From: Macrostomum hystrix
Lineage: Eukaryota > Animalia > Platyhelminthes
Direction of reading: 5' to 3'
NCBI GenBank assembly: GCA_950097015.1
Contig: CATNEN010000041.1
Location: 1-64,000 of the forward strand
DNA: 64,000 bases
The notes beneath the pieces were generated by a model. The model was not told the origin of the DNA and did not search any database. It worked only from the letters and a program-made list of their open reading frames with translations. Every line of letters begins with the position of its first letter. Position 1 is the stretch's first letter. Shown in pieces: positions 46,530 through 58,540 of this stretch. The position numbers were made by a program, and so were the translations under genes.

Positions 46530-47429
46530 GATGTTCTTTAAGGATCACTAGCCAATCAGTAGTTAGAGCCTAGTAGTCCTTGATGTTCTTTCATACAAGT
46601 AAAAGAAGCTTAATTTTTTACCACTTTACTTCAGAAAAGGACATGACAAATGCGAAAATAGCCCATGTTTTCTCTGTAAAGGCCGTGGAAAAGATTTTCT
46701 AATTAATCATTAAACTAATCGATAAAACAATCTGACAATCGGACGACTGTAACGTCCTTTCAACTCGAGTGGTCATTGGCTTGATTTATAAAATGAAACA
46801 GACTTATGTTTTCTGGTCTCACTGTGATTGGCTAAGCGCCAGATTTAGCCTCTGATTGCGTTATCTTTGTGTCGGGCGAGCTGATTGGCTCAGCCCTTCT
46901 ATTCGTTTCAGCCAATCAAAACTCATCAAAATCGTTTTACTCGGAAGAATTTTTTTCACCAAATATGTTGATTATTTTGTTCTGTTCATTTTCAAGACAC
47001 CTAATATACGTGCGTATCTATATGATGTTACTTTTGAGTCGCTTTCAAACCAATGCACCATTTTAGCTTCTGAAACTAGAACCAAGTGCCTTTGTTCCAA
47101 AATTGAGTTTTTCATGTCTCTTTAAAACTTTCATCTGCTTTTCCTGACTTACAAGTACGTTATTTTACATATAGAAGATCTTACACGATCTAAACTTGGA
47201 ATAGTAACACAGAACACTGATCCAGGCACTGATGTAGTGTCGGCATGTTTATTTTATAATTCGCATATTTCTACTTGCAGTAACTTATTCGCACACGTCA
47301 ATATTAATGAATTATTATAATGTATGTTATAGGTTTGTTGTTTGTACATGCGCGCCCAGCCAGGCCTACGCACGCGATCGGCCGGTCACCCTGCTCTACA
47401 GCCAAGGCATCGGACTAACCCCGGTCTGG

Positions 47430-47735
47430 TGGGCCCAGCCAATAGGAGGGCGGCTGGCCAATTTGATGCGACCCGACTTAAGCGCGATACCCCGGGCCGG
47501 GCCAATCAGCAGCCAGTTCGTTAACCGGCAGGGTCGACCTGGCAGAAGAACAAGCGGCGCGGCCGGCACCCAGGCTTTGATGACGGTTGGGGCGGGCGCT
47601 TGACTATATAACTGACTATTGCGTTGTCAATTTGTTTCTATCGCGTGTCTTTTCGTGTTGTGTCGTGTCGTTTCGTTGCAATCGTTCTTTTCCGCGTTGT
47701 TCCGCATCCTAGTAATAGATACCGGGACAGGTAAG
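47430..47735 (+). promoter_or_regulatory. Pol II promoter-like cassette (possibly the LTR or 5' end of another retroelement)
   Basis: CCAAT at 47439, 47458 and 47502; GC boxes at 47448 and 47589; TATATAA at 47605-47611; CAG|GTAAG donor at 47731. Confidence 0.45.
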
Positions 47736-48424
47736 CCGGTCCAACTAGCTAGTCGAAGAAAACCCCACACTCAATCCCACGTCAGTAAGTAGCTTGCGCT
47801 GAGCTCGGCACGTCTGGCCAACTGCTGACGGAGTGTTAGATAGGGATTGGCAAGCACGGAAGTACTCTCCATATCGCCGACAATCATCGGTGGGACGCCG
47901 TCGAATTGACATTAGGTGTGGCACGATAGAACTATCGTTGTGCCATAGTGCGGAAGTGCTTGCTGGTCGCCTCGGTTTCAGACTAGGGACTTTAGTTAGT
48001 TTTCGTGTTATTTGTTTTGTTTTGTCATAGGGACTATCAGTTTGTCTAGGAGTTATTTGTGTTAATTGTCATGTTGTTTTCGTGAGTTCTTGTTATTGTC
48101 CAGAGCATTATCGAGTAGAGTTCACGTGTTCTTGTGTTGAGGTTATTGAGATTAATGTTAGTAAATTACCAGTGCGAATTGTGAATTTTAAATTGAATGA
48201 AGTACAGTACCTGGCAGGGGACGGAAAGAGCGCTGCCAGGGGAACTAATCACTCGTAGCTTTCTCTTATTTACGAATTAATACTTAAATATCAGCTGTTT
48301 AGCTTGGACTTTTGAATCGTCTTGTCTTCGTTATTTTCGAGTTACGGCAATAGAATCTCTCGCAAAGAGTAGGACACCCGACCTCATTTAGGGATCTCAA
48401 AGCAAAGAGAGACCTAAGTCAAAA

Positions 48425-49190
48425 TATCACACTGACACAAGTACTGACAGTGACCCAGCACTGACACATGTTCTGACACAAGTACTGACAGTGACCCAGC
48501 ACTGACACATGTTCTGACACAAGTACTGACAGTGACCCAGCACTAACACATGTTCTGACACAAGTACTGACAGTGACCCAGCACTGACACATGTTCTGAC
48601 ACAAGTACTGACAGTGACCCAGCACTGACACATGTTCTGACAGTGATCCAGCACTGACACAAGTACTTAAAGTGACCCAGCACTGACACAAGTCTGAAAG
48701 TGACTCAGGGACTGACACAAGTACTGACAGAGACCCAGCACTGATACAAGTCTGAAAGTGACTCAGGGGCTGACACAAGTCTGAAAGTGACTCAGGGACT
48801 GACACAAGTACTGACAGAGACCCAGCACTGACACAAGTCTGAAAGTGACTCAGGGACTGACACAAGTCTGAAAGTGACTCAGGGGCTGACACAAGTCTGA
48901 AAGTGACTCAGGGACTGACACAAGTACTGACAGAGACCCAGCACTGATACAAGTCTGAAAGTGACTCAGGGGCTGACACAAGTCTGAAAGTGACTCAGGG
49001 ACTGACACAAGTACTGACAGAGACCCAGCACTGACACAAGTCTGAAAGTGACTCAGGGACTGACACAAGTCTGAAAGTGACTCAGGGGCTGACACAAGTC
49101 TGAAAGTGACTCAGGGACTGACACAAGTACTGACAGAGACCCAGCACTGACAAATACTGAAAGTGACTCAGGGACTGACACAAGTACAAG
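48425..49190. repeat. Complex higher-order satellite built from CTGACACAAGT, AGTGACCCAGCA and GAAAGTGACTCAGGG modules
   Basis: Modular tandem repetition that changes composition at ~48680. Confidence 0.9.
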
Positions 49191-49864
49191 GTTGGTTTGG
49201 TTCAATGTCTCCTGTCGACTGGATCGACTACAGCTACTGGTTTCGGTTGGTTTGGTTCATAGATTGACCTCGGGCTCCATTGACATCCCCTTTGCTGGCT
49301 TCCACAACTAGGTTTACCCTGTATGGTGCCAGGGCAACGTGGGTTCAGGGCAACGGGCTTGTCGACGCCCTGATGAAAAAACCGGTTCCTCTGGATCCTC
49401 CTGGAGGCCTGAGCCGATCCCAAACAACTCGAGCATTAAAGCTTCGTTGAGGACCCAGTAACACTCGCTCTGGGCGAACTGCAACAGCTGCAGGTAATCT
49501 AGAGTCGCTGTCCCACGGCCATCTCGCCAGCTTCGGATCCTCCTGCTGCGACTCTCGCGTGCGGCCACAATAAACCGTCCGGACGCGGATGCTTCACCAA
49601 GCGCGAATTTCTGCAGGGCAATGGTACCGGAACCATTCTGACAAGAACCAGAGTCAAGAAAGTTAAGACCAAAGCATTGACACAGACACTGACACTGACC
49701 CACACTGTAGCAAGGACACTGATGTGGTAGCCTCAGTAAATAATAATAATAATTTTTTTATTATATTGGCAGGACGACTGCAGACAATGGCACATCATTT
49801 GGTGACACTAGACCCGCAGCCAGCGAGGAGGCAATTCTGCCCATTTCGCTGACTCCTGAGCACA

Positions 49865-50030
49865 CACGCACACAGATACTGTACGCAGGCATACGCTCAC
49901 ACAGGTGTGTACATCTGCCCTGACTTTCTCGTCGTCAGGTGGGTACACTTGAAGTGTACACTTCACTGTGCCTAGGGTAGATGTACACACCTGTGTGAGC
50001 GTATGCCTGCGTACATTATCTGTGTGCGTG
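49865..50030. ncRNA. Long hairpin (57-bp stem), candidate hairpin RNA or small foldback element
   Basis: 49865-49921 is the reverse complement of 49974-50030 with two mismatches. Whether it is expressed is unknown. Confidence 0.4.
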
Positions 50031-50927
50031 CCTTGGAGGTTGGCCCTCATGAGCGTAAATTGCACGACAAGCCCCCAAGACTTCTCTCCGCGGCTGCGCG
50101 CCAACTGAATGTTGTCTCGCAACTGAGGGCGAGAGGCAAACGCGTTGACCGCTCTGCCACTTACCCCCATGGTAGCCATGGTAGCATGGTACCCCCACGG
50201 ACTATTTCATTTCCCACAATGTATCATAGAGTGCTAGTTTGATCTTACAAAAACACGACTTAGCCAAGCCAGACAGACTGCTTGGCCTCACGAGCACCAC
50301 AACGGACCAGAATTTCATCACTAGCTCCAGTGGGATATTTCTTCCCGCATCATCTGACTAGTTAGGGATTTTTCTGTCTGACAATTCTGTCCTCAGCTCC
50401 GAGTGTGGAACGGCATCCACCGATGAGGCGCATATTCCACTCGCGCTATCCCCGTCGCGGCCCGCAATCTCCTGGCCTCCCGATCCCAAAGGAACGGCTT
50501 CTGTTTCGCAAACTGCCCTCCCCCGCATCCCTTGCCTAAGCAGCCCGAAAATGAGATGGCCAAGTGTTTCGCGAAGCATCGAGTGTCCGCTGCTGCTCTG
50601 GTCCGGGTGGTGCGTGCGTGGGAGTCGTATTAGCCAAAGCTCCCCCGCATGGACATCTCGGCATCATCCATCAAGGCCGACTCGTCAGCAGTGCTAACAG
50701 AGGACAGCTGTCACTTGAGACATATTGAGCAGCTAGCCTGCTTGCTTTTTTGTCCCTTTTAGATTCTTCTGGTTAGATTGCGGATGGGGCACCAAAGTTG
50801 AGCGGAGTAGGTCTGATGGACGGGGTTGGTAAGTGTGATCAAGATAGATACAGTGGTAGGCAGGGGAGATCCGGTAGACAATGTAGATCCGGTAGACAAT
50901 GTAGATCCGGTAGACAGGGTGGATCCG

Positions 50928-51167
50928 GCAGTGTGTGCTCACACTGCAGCTCAAATCACCTGAGAGTGTGTGCTCACACTGCAGCTCAAATCGCCTGAGA
51001 CTGTGTGCTCACACTGTAGTTCAAATCACCTGAGAGTGTGTGCTCACACTGCAGCTCAAATCACCTGAGAGTGTGTGCTCACACTGCAGCTCAAATCACC
51101 TGAGAGTGTGTGCTCACACTGCAGCTCAAATCACCTGAGAGTGTGTGCTCACACTGCAGCTCAAATC
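50928..51167. repeat. 35-bp minisatellite (GTGTGTGCTCACACTGCAGCTCAAATCACCTGAGA)
   Basis: Direct tandem repetition. Confidence 0.92.
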
Positions 51168-51690
51168 ATCTGCGACCATGTTAAAGCATGAAAATAAATG
51201 TTGGCTCAATAGGTGGGGTGATAGTCCGCTTATTGTTAGTCCTGGACTTGTTGCGAGTGTGAAAAGCATTTATTTAATGAATAAAATGGCAAGGCATTGT
51301 CACGGACTATTAGCCGGCATGGAATCAGCTGAGTATCTAAGGCGAATCGCAGGATTGCAAAGGAAAAAAATTATTGATAATTTCTAAGCGACAACGCCGA
51401 ATTGTCGACAATAGTAAGTGGCAGCGGGAATTCACTGGGTACAGATGTTAAAAATAGGTCACCGTTTTTTTTACCGGCGAGAAAAAAAAATATCCTACTG
51501 TCGGGAGTACACAGCGGCCCCTCATCTCACCGATGAGGCGCAGCTCATCCAGCCTCTTATGAGCAAGGGTGGACTCTTCAGGGCAGAGTGAGGTAACCCG
51601 CTGAGAGACAAGCAATTCCCGATGATTCTTCAATCTATAATGAATAAGTACAGCAAAAGTACAGCACGCAGAAGCAGACTTCCAGCGCAT

Positions 51691-52419
51691 TCACCAATCG
51701 TCTTCATCGTTTTCGGAGTCGTCGGCCCTGTCGCCGCGGATCGTCTTCCCGCTCGGGTGGTTCGCACCGCCACCTTTGGCGCCCTTTTTGCCACCGCCGG
51801 AGCCTCCACCGCCGCCGCCACCGGCACCCGCCTGGCACGCGTCCGGAGGCGTCTCCAGATCTCCTCGATAGTCGATGACTTGAGAGCGAGCGAGGCGCCA
51901 CTCCAGCATCTCCGTGGAGAAGTTATCGTGACCGCCGAGATCGTCGAAGCCGACCACGTAGTCCTTGACCTTCTCGTCCTTGACAATGCACAGGGTGGGG
52001 ATGACGCGGATCCCCAGGCGTCTGGTAAGAAACGGCGCCTTCTCGACGCTGATGCGGACGAACTTGCATTCGATGTGCCGCGGCGCAAGAGCCGTGAGGT
52101 GGCGGTCCACAATGCCGCAGCGGAAGGTCGTGTCCCGGTAAAAGTGGCACACCAGCCGCTTGCTGCGGATGCACTCGTCGAAGAATTCTCTCTCCTGGGA
52201 GAGCTCGGAGTACTTGCCGTGCCCGTTGGCCAGCCACTCGTCACGCTGCTTGGCCTGGTCCTTCAGCTGGCGCAGCCGGCGGTCGCGCAGCCGCTCCAGG
52301 TCGTCCTCTTTGAGATTCTCCAGCCTTTCAATTTCGTTGTCCAGGCGCTCCTCGATCATCTTGGCCGCGCGCACCATTTGCGTCTCCAGCACCTTCTCCA
52401 GCTGGGCATTGTTCGACAT
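51691..52419 (-). CDS. TXNDC9: Thioredoxin domain-containing protein 9 (phosducin-like protein 3), intronless, 242 aa
   Basis: Motifs GHGKYSEL, VCHFYRDTTFRC, EKAPFLTRRLGIRVIPTL, DYVVGFDDLG and FSTEMLEWRLA. Confidence 0.95.
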   Translation of the reverse strand: MSNNAQLEKVLETQMVRAAKMIEERLDNEIERLENLKEDDLERLRDRRLRQLKDQAKQRDEWLANGHGKYSELSQEREFFDECIRSKRLVCHFYRDTTFRCGIVDRHLTALAPRHIECKFVRISVEKAPFLTRRLGIRVIPTLCIVKDEKVKDYVVGFDDLGGHDNFSTEMLEWRLARSQVIDYRGDLETPPDACQAGAGGGGGGGSGGGKKGAKGGGANHPSGKTIRGDRADDSENDEDDW

Positions 52420-53281
52420 TTTTCTTTGTGCTGTTAGTGCTCTGTGTTTGGTGCGAGCTTCACAAATTTTGACCTGGGACTCGCCGAAGTGAACTCGGGG
52501 AACTAGGAAAGCACCAGCTCGGACTCAAGCTACACAATTGTCTATGGTTGAAGGCGGTGTTCGGATCCAGGCTGAACTTAGCGTGTTTTAGCACTCTATA
52601 GATTAGCGATCTCTAAGCTATCTTAGAGACATCTAACTTTTTTTAACCGTTCGAAATTGTCGTTAATGAAAAATTAGTGATTTACTACAATGCTCTATCG
52701 AGATGTGACGGCTTCCAATGATGTGTAATTTACTCCAATGCCCTCATTGTAAAACAAGTTATAGTGAAATATGTACCCGTAAGAGTTCATTAAACGTGTT
52801 ACTTTCATTAGACAGAACTGGATGAGAAAGTCCTGCCGAATTAAGCTCGTCTAAGTTTTGTGCTTCTGTGACGCGTCCTTTACCAAGTGGATTAAAAATT
52901 TTGTGTTGCATAAAAGTACAAAAATGGCAGCACTCGACAGCTGTCACATGAAAGATCATCTTCAGATTTTACGGGGCAATGTTAAACTATAAAAGTTAAA
53001 TGATTTGTGAGCTGTTGTGTTTTCTTTCATTTAGCAATTTTTTATGTCGCCAGCGAAAATGTATGATCTGTGATTTAATGTCAAATCCTTATTGTACGAG
53101 AATCCAGTATAAAATAAAGTTTTTGTGAATAAACTATACAGAAAGGTTTCTAGACAATGGGGTGAGAGCCTATTAAATATTTAAGTTCAGCACTGGTAAG
53201 TGTCAGACTGAGCATTCTAGACACTGGTTGTTGCTGCAAATAAAAATTGCTAAGCCATCGTTAATTAAGAACGTCAAGACG

Positions 53282-53849
53282 CTCTGTCACTCAGATTATC
53301 CAGCTGCTCTGTCACTCAGAACATCCAGCTGCTCTGTCACTCAGAACATCCAGCTGCTCTGTCACTCAGAACATCCAGCTGCTCTGTCACTCATAACATC
53401 CAGCTGCTCTGTCTCTCAGAACATCCAGCTGCTCTGTCACTCAGAACATCCAGTTGCTCTGTCACTCAGAACATCCAGCTGCTCTGTCACTCAGAACATC
53501 CAGCTGCTCTGTCACTCAGAACATCCAGCTGCTCTGTCACTCAGAACATCCAGCTGCTCTGTCACTCAGAACATCCAGCTGCTCTGTCACTCAGAACATC
53601 CAGCTGCTCTGTCACTCAGAACATCCAGCTGCTCTGTCACTCAGAACATCCAGCTGCTCTGTCACTCAGAACATCCAGCTGCTCTGTCACTCAGAACATC
53701 CAGCTGCTCTGTCACTCAGAACATCCAGCTGCTCTGTCACTCATAACATCCAGCTGCTCTGTCACTCAGAACATCCAGCTGCTCTGTCACTCAGAACATC
53801 CAGCTGCTCTGTCACTCATAACATCCAGCTGCTCTGTCACTCAGAACAC
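53282..53849. repeat. 25-bp minisatellite (GCTCTGTCACTCAGAACATCCAGCT), ~22 units, abutting the SID-1 stop codon
   Basis: Direct tandem repetition. Confidence 0.95.
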
Positions 53850-56048
53850 CCGGATACGATCCCGCGGCACGGTCTCGAGGTCATCGTCGACGGAGAGCAG
53901 CGCCATAAAGCCGAAAAACACAGCGGCGGAGGACAGGAAGTGCCAGACGTCGTGGACATCGTAGAAGCCGGCCAGCACGCAGGCCTGGTTGCGCAGGCGG
54001 GAGCCCGCCGCGCTGTCCTCCCAGTTGGCCGGCTGCTGCAGGTAGAAGCGGCCTGCGCCGGCCCAGGCCACGCAGGCCAAAGCCAGGAAAGCAAGCGGTG
54101 CCTTGGCCAGCCTCTCACCTGAGCGCAGCTTCATCAGCAGGTAGTAGAGAAAGTAGGCCAGCGAGTTGGCCGTCAGCACCCAGAGCAGGAAGCTGCCGAA
54201 GTCGCGCGGCTGGGTGGCAGCGCCGTACAGGCCGAGTCCGAGGTTGGACGCGTTAGCGAGCGCGAGCAGGGCGGCACGCGGGCGGGCCAGCGGCAAGCCG
54301 ACGCAGCGCAGGCTGAGCAGAAGGCTGGCCCCCGTCAGGACGCCGCAGAAAAGCGCGTAGAAGGCGACGCTGCCGCCGCCATAGAAGACACCCAGCAGGC
54401 CAGTCAAGATTATGACGGCAAGGGCGAGGTAGGCGGCGTGGGCGGGGCGCGTTGGCGTCCGGATGGCGCGCCTGGTACAGCCTGAGGACGCACAGGCCGC
54501 ACAGCATGTACATGAAGGCGGTGTCAAACTGGAAGTTGCTGTAGCTCGGACAGACGTGGTAGCAGGCCGACATGGCGCCCTGCATGATCAGCGCCACCCC
54601 CATAGCGTAGTGAAGGCCGTGGTGCTGCGGCAAGCCCAGCGGAGGCTGCAACGCCGCCAACGGCCCTGCTGTCGCCGCCGCTGCAGCAGATCCCGGCGCC
54701 AGACCAGCAGGAGAAAGAGAAGGCCCAACAGGCCGTAGCTCACGTTGGAGAAGACGCTGTTAAATGAGGAGATCGGGCCCAGCGGGTGCGAGCACTCGAA
54801 GTTGTAGAAGCAGATGTCTTCGTCCCCGCTGGTGTTCAGCACCCGCTGGTAGGTGAGCACCAGCTGCACTACCGGCAGGCAGTAGAAGATGGAGATGATG
54901 ATAAGGTACCAGCAGTACAGTCGGTACTTTTTCCGCAGCCGCCTAGCAGGCTTCCGCGCCAGCTCTAGCACCGAAGGCGGTGACTGCGGCGACGGCTGCG
55001 GCGGGGCCGACATCGGCGGCAGGTTAGGCGTCTCCGGCGGAGGCGTCCCGAGTCCCACGCGCTCGGAGGTCAGGTGGCTGAGCGCCGTCAGCGCCAGAGC
55101 CAGCAGGAAGCACAGCAGGTAGAACAGGAGAGTCCACAGCACTGGCCAGCCATACTGCCCGCTGTGCAGCGACGCCTGAACCCGCAGCGTCAGGCGCTTC
55201 ACCCGGCTTGGCCGACGAAGCTCCCCGCTTAGCGGCGGCAACGATGGCGATGTCGAATCTCTGTCGGCGTCCTCTTCACCACCTGTGCCGCCAACCTTGC
55301 CGTTGCAGTTGTCATCCGTCGGGTAGACCAGCAGCACCACATTGAACTGGTCCGGTGTGCCCACGGCAGGGTCTCCGCGGCCGATGCTGAGTGCGGCCTT
55401 TCGACTCGCCGTCTGACGGACGCCTGAGAACTCGATGTTCCGCGCCAGGTCGTTGGCCGGACAGGCGGCCGCCTGCACCGCCAGCCGCATGCAGAGCGCA
55501 TCCTCGGAGGCCATCCGGACCTGCACGCTGGTGACATTCGGCGGATAGTCGAAGTGGAAATACTGCGGCTGCGTGGGCGACACTTCCACCTCCACTGGCG
55601 AGTCCAGGGCCAGTCGGAAGTTCGACACCAGCACGGCGCTCAAGCTGAACCTGGCGGGCGAAGGTCTCTGCGAAGTCACCTCCACAAAGACAGTGTGGTT
55701 GCCCCGCTGATGGGCCGGACACAGCGTCCGTGTCACCACGCTGAAGCCGGCGTACTCTCCGGACATCGGCAGGCGCCAGGAGATCACCTCCCGCTGCTGC
55801 CTGGCCACCACCAGCAGCGGGAACTCGGCGTCGTATTCGTCGCTTTCAACAGTGACGCGTACGGCGGCCGCTGAGTCGCCGACTGTTGCGTAGGCAAACG
55901 CAAACACACGCTCGATGCCTTCGCCGACTGAGCCGCGGTAGACGCGACCGAACCTCGCCGAATCGGCTCGAGTCATCGCGTCAGCGATGGCTGCTGAATG
56001 CAGTAGCAGCAGCAGCGGCAGCAGCTGCGGCCATTCTCGGGAAGCCAT
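53841..56048 (-). CDS. SIDT: SID-1 transmembrane family protein (SIDT/ChUP), intronless, with two compensating 1-nt frameshifts
   Basis: Signal peptide and ectodomain; LPVVQLV; [15 protein letters not shown]; [10 protein letters not shown]; [17 protein letters not shown]; RHPD; [10 protein letters not shown]; [11 protein letters not shown]; C-terminal DDDL...RIRVF. The shifts map to CCC 54664-54666 and GGGG 54444-54447. Confidence 0.93.
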
Positions 56049-56564
56049 GAATTTTCAAGGAGCCGCTGGCTGAAGATTGCAGACTCGGCGATTTCAGCCC
56101 TTTGGTGAATGCGAAGCCAGCTTTAAGCGGCAATGGCTGCCTGGCCATTCTGATTCGCTCTGGCTTTGATCCAATGGGAGGCAATTTTACATAGTTGGGA
56201 CAAGCTGATCACAACTCGAGCCACGTCTCAGGCCTGAGCTATGCGGGGCTGCGCATTGGGACAGCACGGCCAGCTCAGGTCGGGCCTCGGTGCGTGCGAA
56301 CGACCAGGGAATCAAAATCCGCGGCTTCCAGCAGTTTTCATGCGACTCAATCGGCTGAGAACTGCACTGGATTCCCTCCCCCCAGCTGCCGCGATTTCAA
56401 AGCCGACCCTGCGGCTGCAGTTGGCGAGCAAGGGCCACTAGCACTTGGCTACTCAAGTAGTCCTTTTGGCGAAAGATTGAACGTTATAATCTAGATGGAC
56501 TGTTTAGTCCTGTCAGTCAATCACGTTGGCTCAGGGCGACCTTTCAATAACCTCTAATCCTGAA

Positions 56565-56863
<299 letters not shown>

Positions 56864-57479
56864 CTCTAGGACATACTGCTAAAAGCTGATTGATTGTTAA
56901 AAGTACACGCGTACTTTCCAGAGGCGCCGAGAAAGATTGGCGGGAGGTCTTGGCGCTTCCGAGTCCGGCCGGCAGACGGGAAAAGTCCCAATCCGGCCCG
57001 GGAAGTCCCAGCTAATGATGTCTGGCAGCCTCCAAGCTGCGAAGAGGCTTTTGGGGGATCGGGACGCTATGGGATTTCTAGGCTGCAAGTGGGATTATGC
57101 CAGCGAAGAGGGGACCGAGAGAATTCCAGGCAATTCGGGGCCGCACGCCACATTAGGCACTGAGGAAATTGGCTGGCTGGGCCTTCCACAGACACGGGGA
57201 GGGGCAGGCCGAGATTGTTATTGGCCGCAGAATTCGCCCACTTTTTATTTATCTGAAAATGCATCCAAAGGTGAGCAGCAGCTGAGCAAATTTGGTTAGA
57301 GCTGATTGCGTGGCTGACAGATGAGCATTTTTAGTGACTCCCACATCGATTTCTTAATTGAGTTTTCTCTACGGACTGATCGATATTTGAAGGTCTGGTT
57401 TGGGCGCCATTTCACCACTGACTTCAGGCGCAATTGCTCTCAGCGACTGTCTAAATCCCTGCTGTCTTGTCACCTACCT

Positions 57480-58540
57480 TTCTCTCCCCTCTCTTAACTT
57501 CTCTCCCCTCTCTTAACTTCTCTTCCCTCTCTTAACTTCTCTCCTCTCTCTTAACTTCTCTCCTCTCTCTTAACTTCTCTCCCCTCTCTTAACTTCTCTC
57601 CCCTCTCTTAACTTCTCTCCCCTCTCTTAACTTCTCTCCCCTCTCTTAACTTCTCCCACTCTGTTACCTTCTCTCCACTCGCTTAACTTCTCTCCCCTCG
57701 CTTAACTTCTCTCCCCTCTCTTAACTTCTCTCCCCTCTCTTAACTTCTCTCCCCTCTCTTAACTTCTCCCACTCTCTTTACTTCTCTCCCCTCTCTTAAC
57801 TTCTCTCCCCTCTCTTAACTTCTCTCCCCTCTCTTAACTTCTCCCACTCTCTTACCTTCTCTCCACTCGCTTAACTTCTCTCCCCTCGCTTAACTTCTCT
57901 CCCCTCTCTTAACTTCTCTCCCCTCTCTTAACTTCTCTCCCCTCTCTTAACTTCTCCCACTCTCTTTACTTCTCTCCCCTCTCTTAACTTCTCTCCCCTC
58001 TCTTAACTTCTCTCCCCTCTCTTAACTTCTCCCACTCTCTTACCTTCTCTCCACTCGCTTAACTTCTCTCCCCTCGCTTAACTTCTCTCCACTCGCTTAA
58101 CTTCTCTCCCCTCTCTTAACTTCTCTCCCCTCTCTTAACTTCTCCCACTCTCTTACCTTCTCTCCACTCGCTTAACTTCTCTCCCCTCGCTTAACTTCTC
58201 TCCCCTCTCTTAACTTCTCCCACTCTCTTAACTTCTCTCCCCTCTCTTAACTTCTCTCCCCTCTCTTAACTTCTCTCCCCTCTCTTAACTTCTCCCACTC
58301 TCTTACCTTCTCTCCACTCGCTTAACTTCTCTCCACTCGCTTAACTTCTCTCCCCTCTCTTAACTTCTCCCACTCTCTTACCTTCTCTCCACTCGCTTAA
58401 CTTCTCTCCCCTCTCTTAACTTCTCTCCCCTCGCTTAACTTCTCTCCCCTCGCATAACTTCTCTCCCCTCGCTTAACTTCTCTCCCCTCTCTTAACTTCT
58501 CTCCCCTCTCTCAAATTCTCTCCCCTTGCTTTACTTCTCT
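57480..58540. repeat. ~19-bp pyrimidine-rich minisatellite (CCCTCTCTTAACTTCTCTC)
   Basis: Direct tandem repetition. Confidence 0.95.

Noticed and set aside
48208-48245. TACCTGGCAGGGGA matching the U1 snRNA 5' region
   Set aside because: Only 14 nt match; the ACTTAC start, the downstream stem-loops and the Sm site are absent.
49200-49700. Coding-like minus-strand segment (LDYLQLLQFAQSECYWVLNEALMLELFG); similar stop-broken segments at 20230-20480 and 58750-59200
   Set aside because: No family motif or coherent exon structure could be established.
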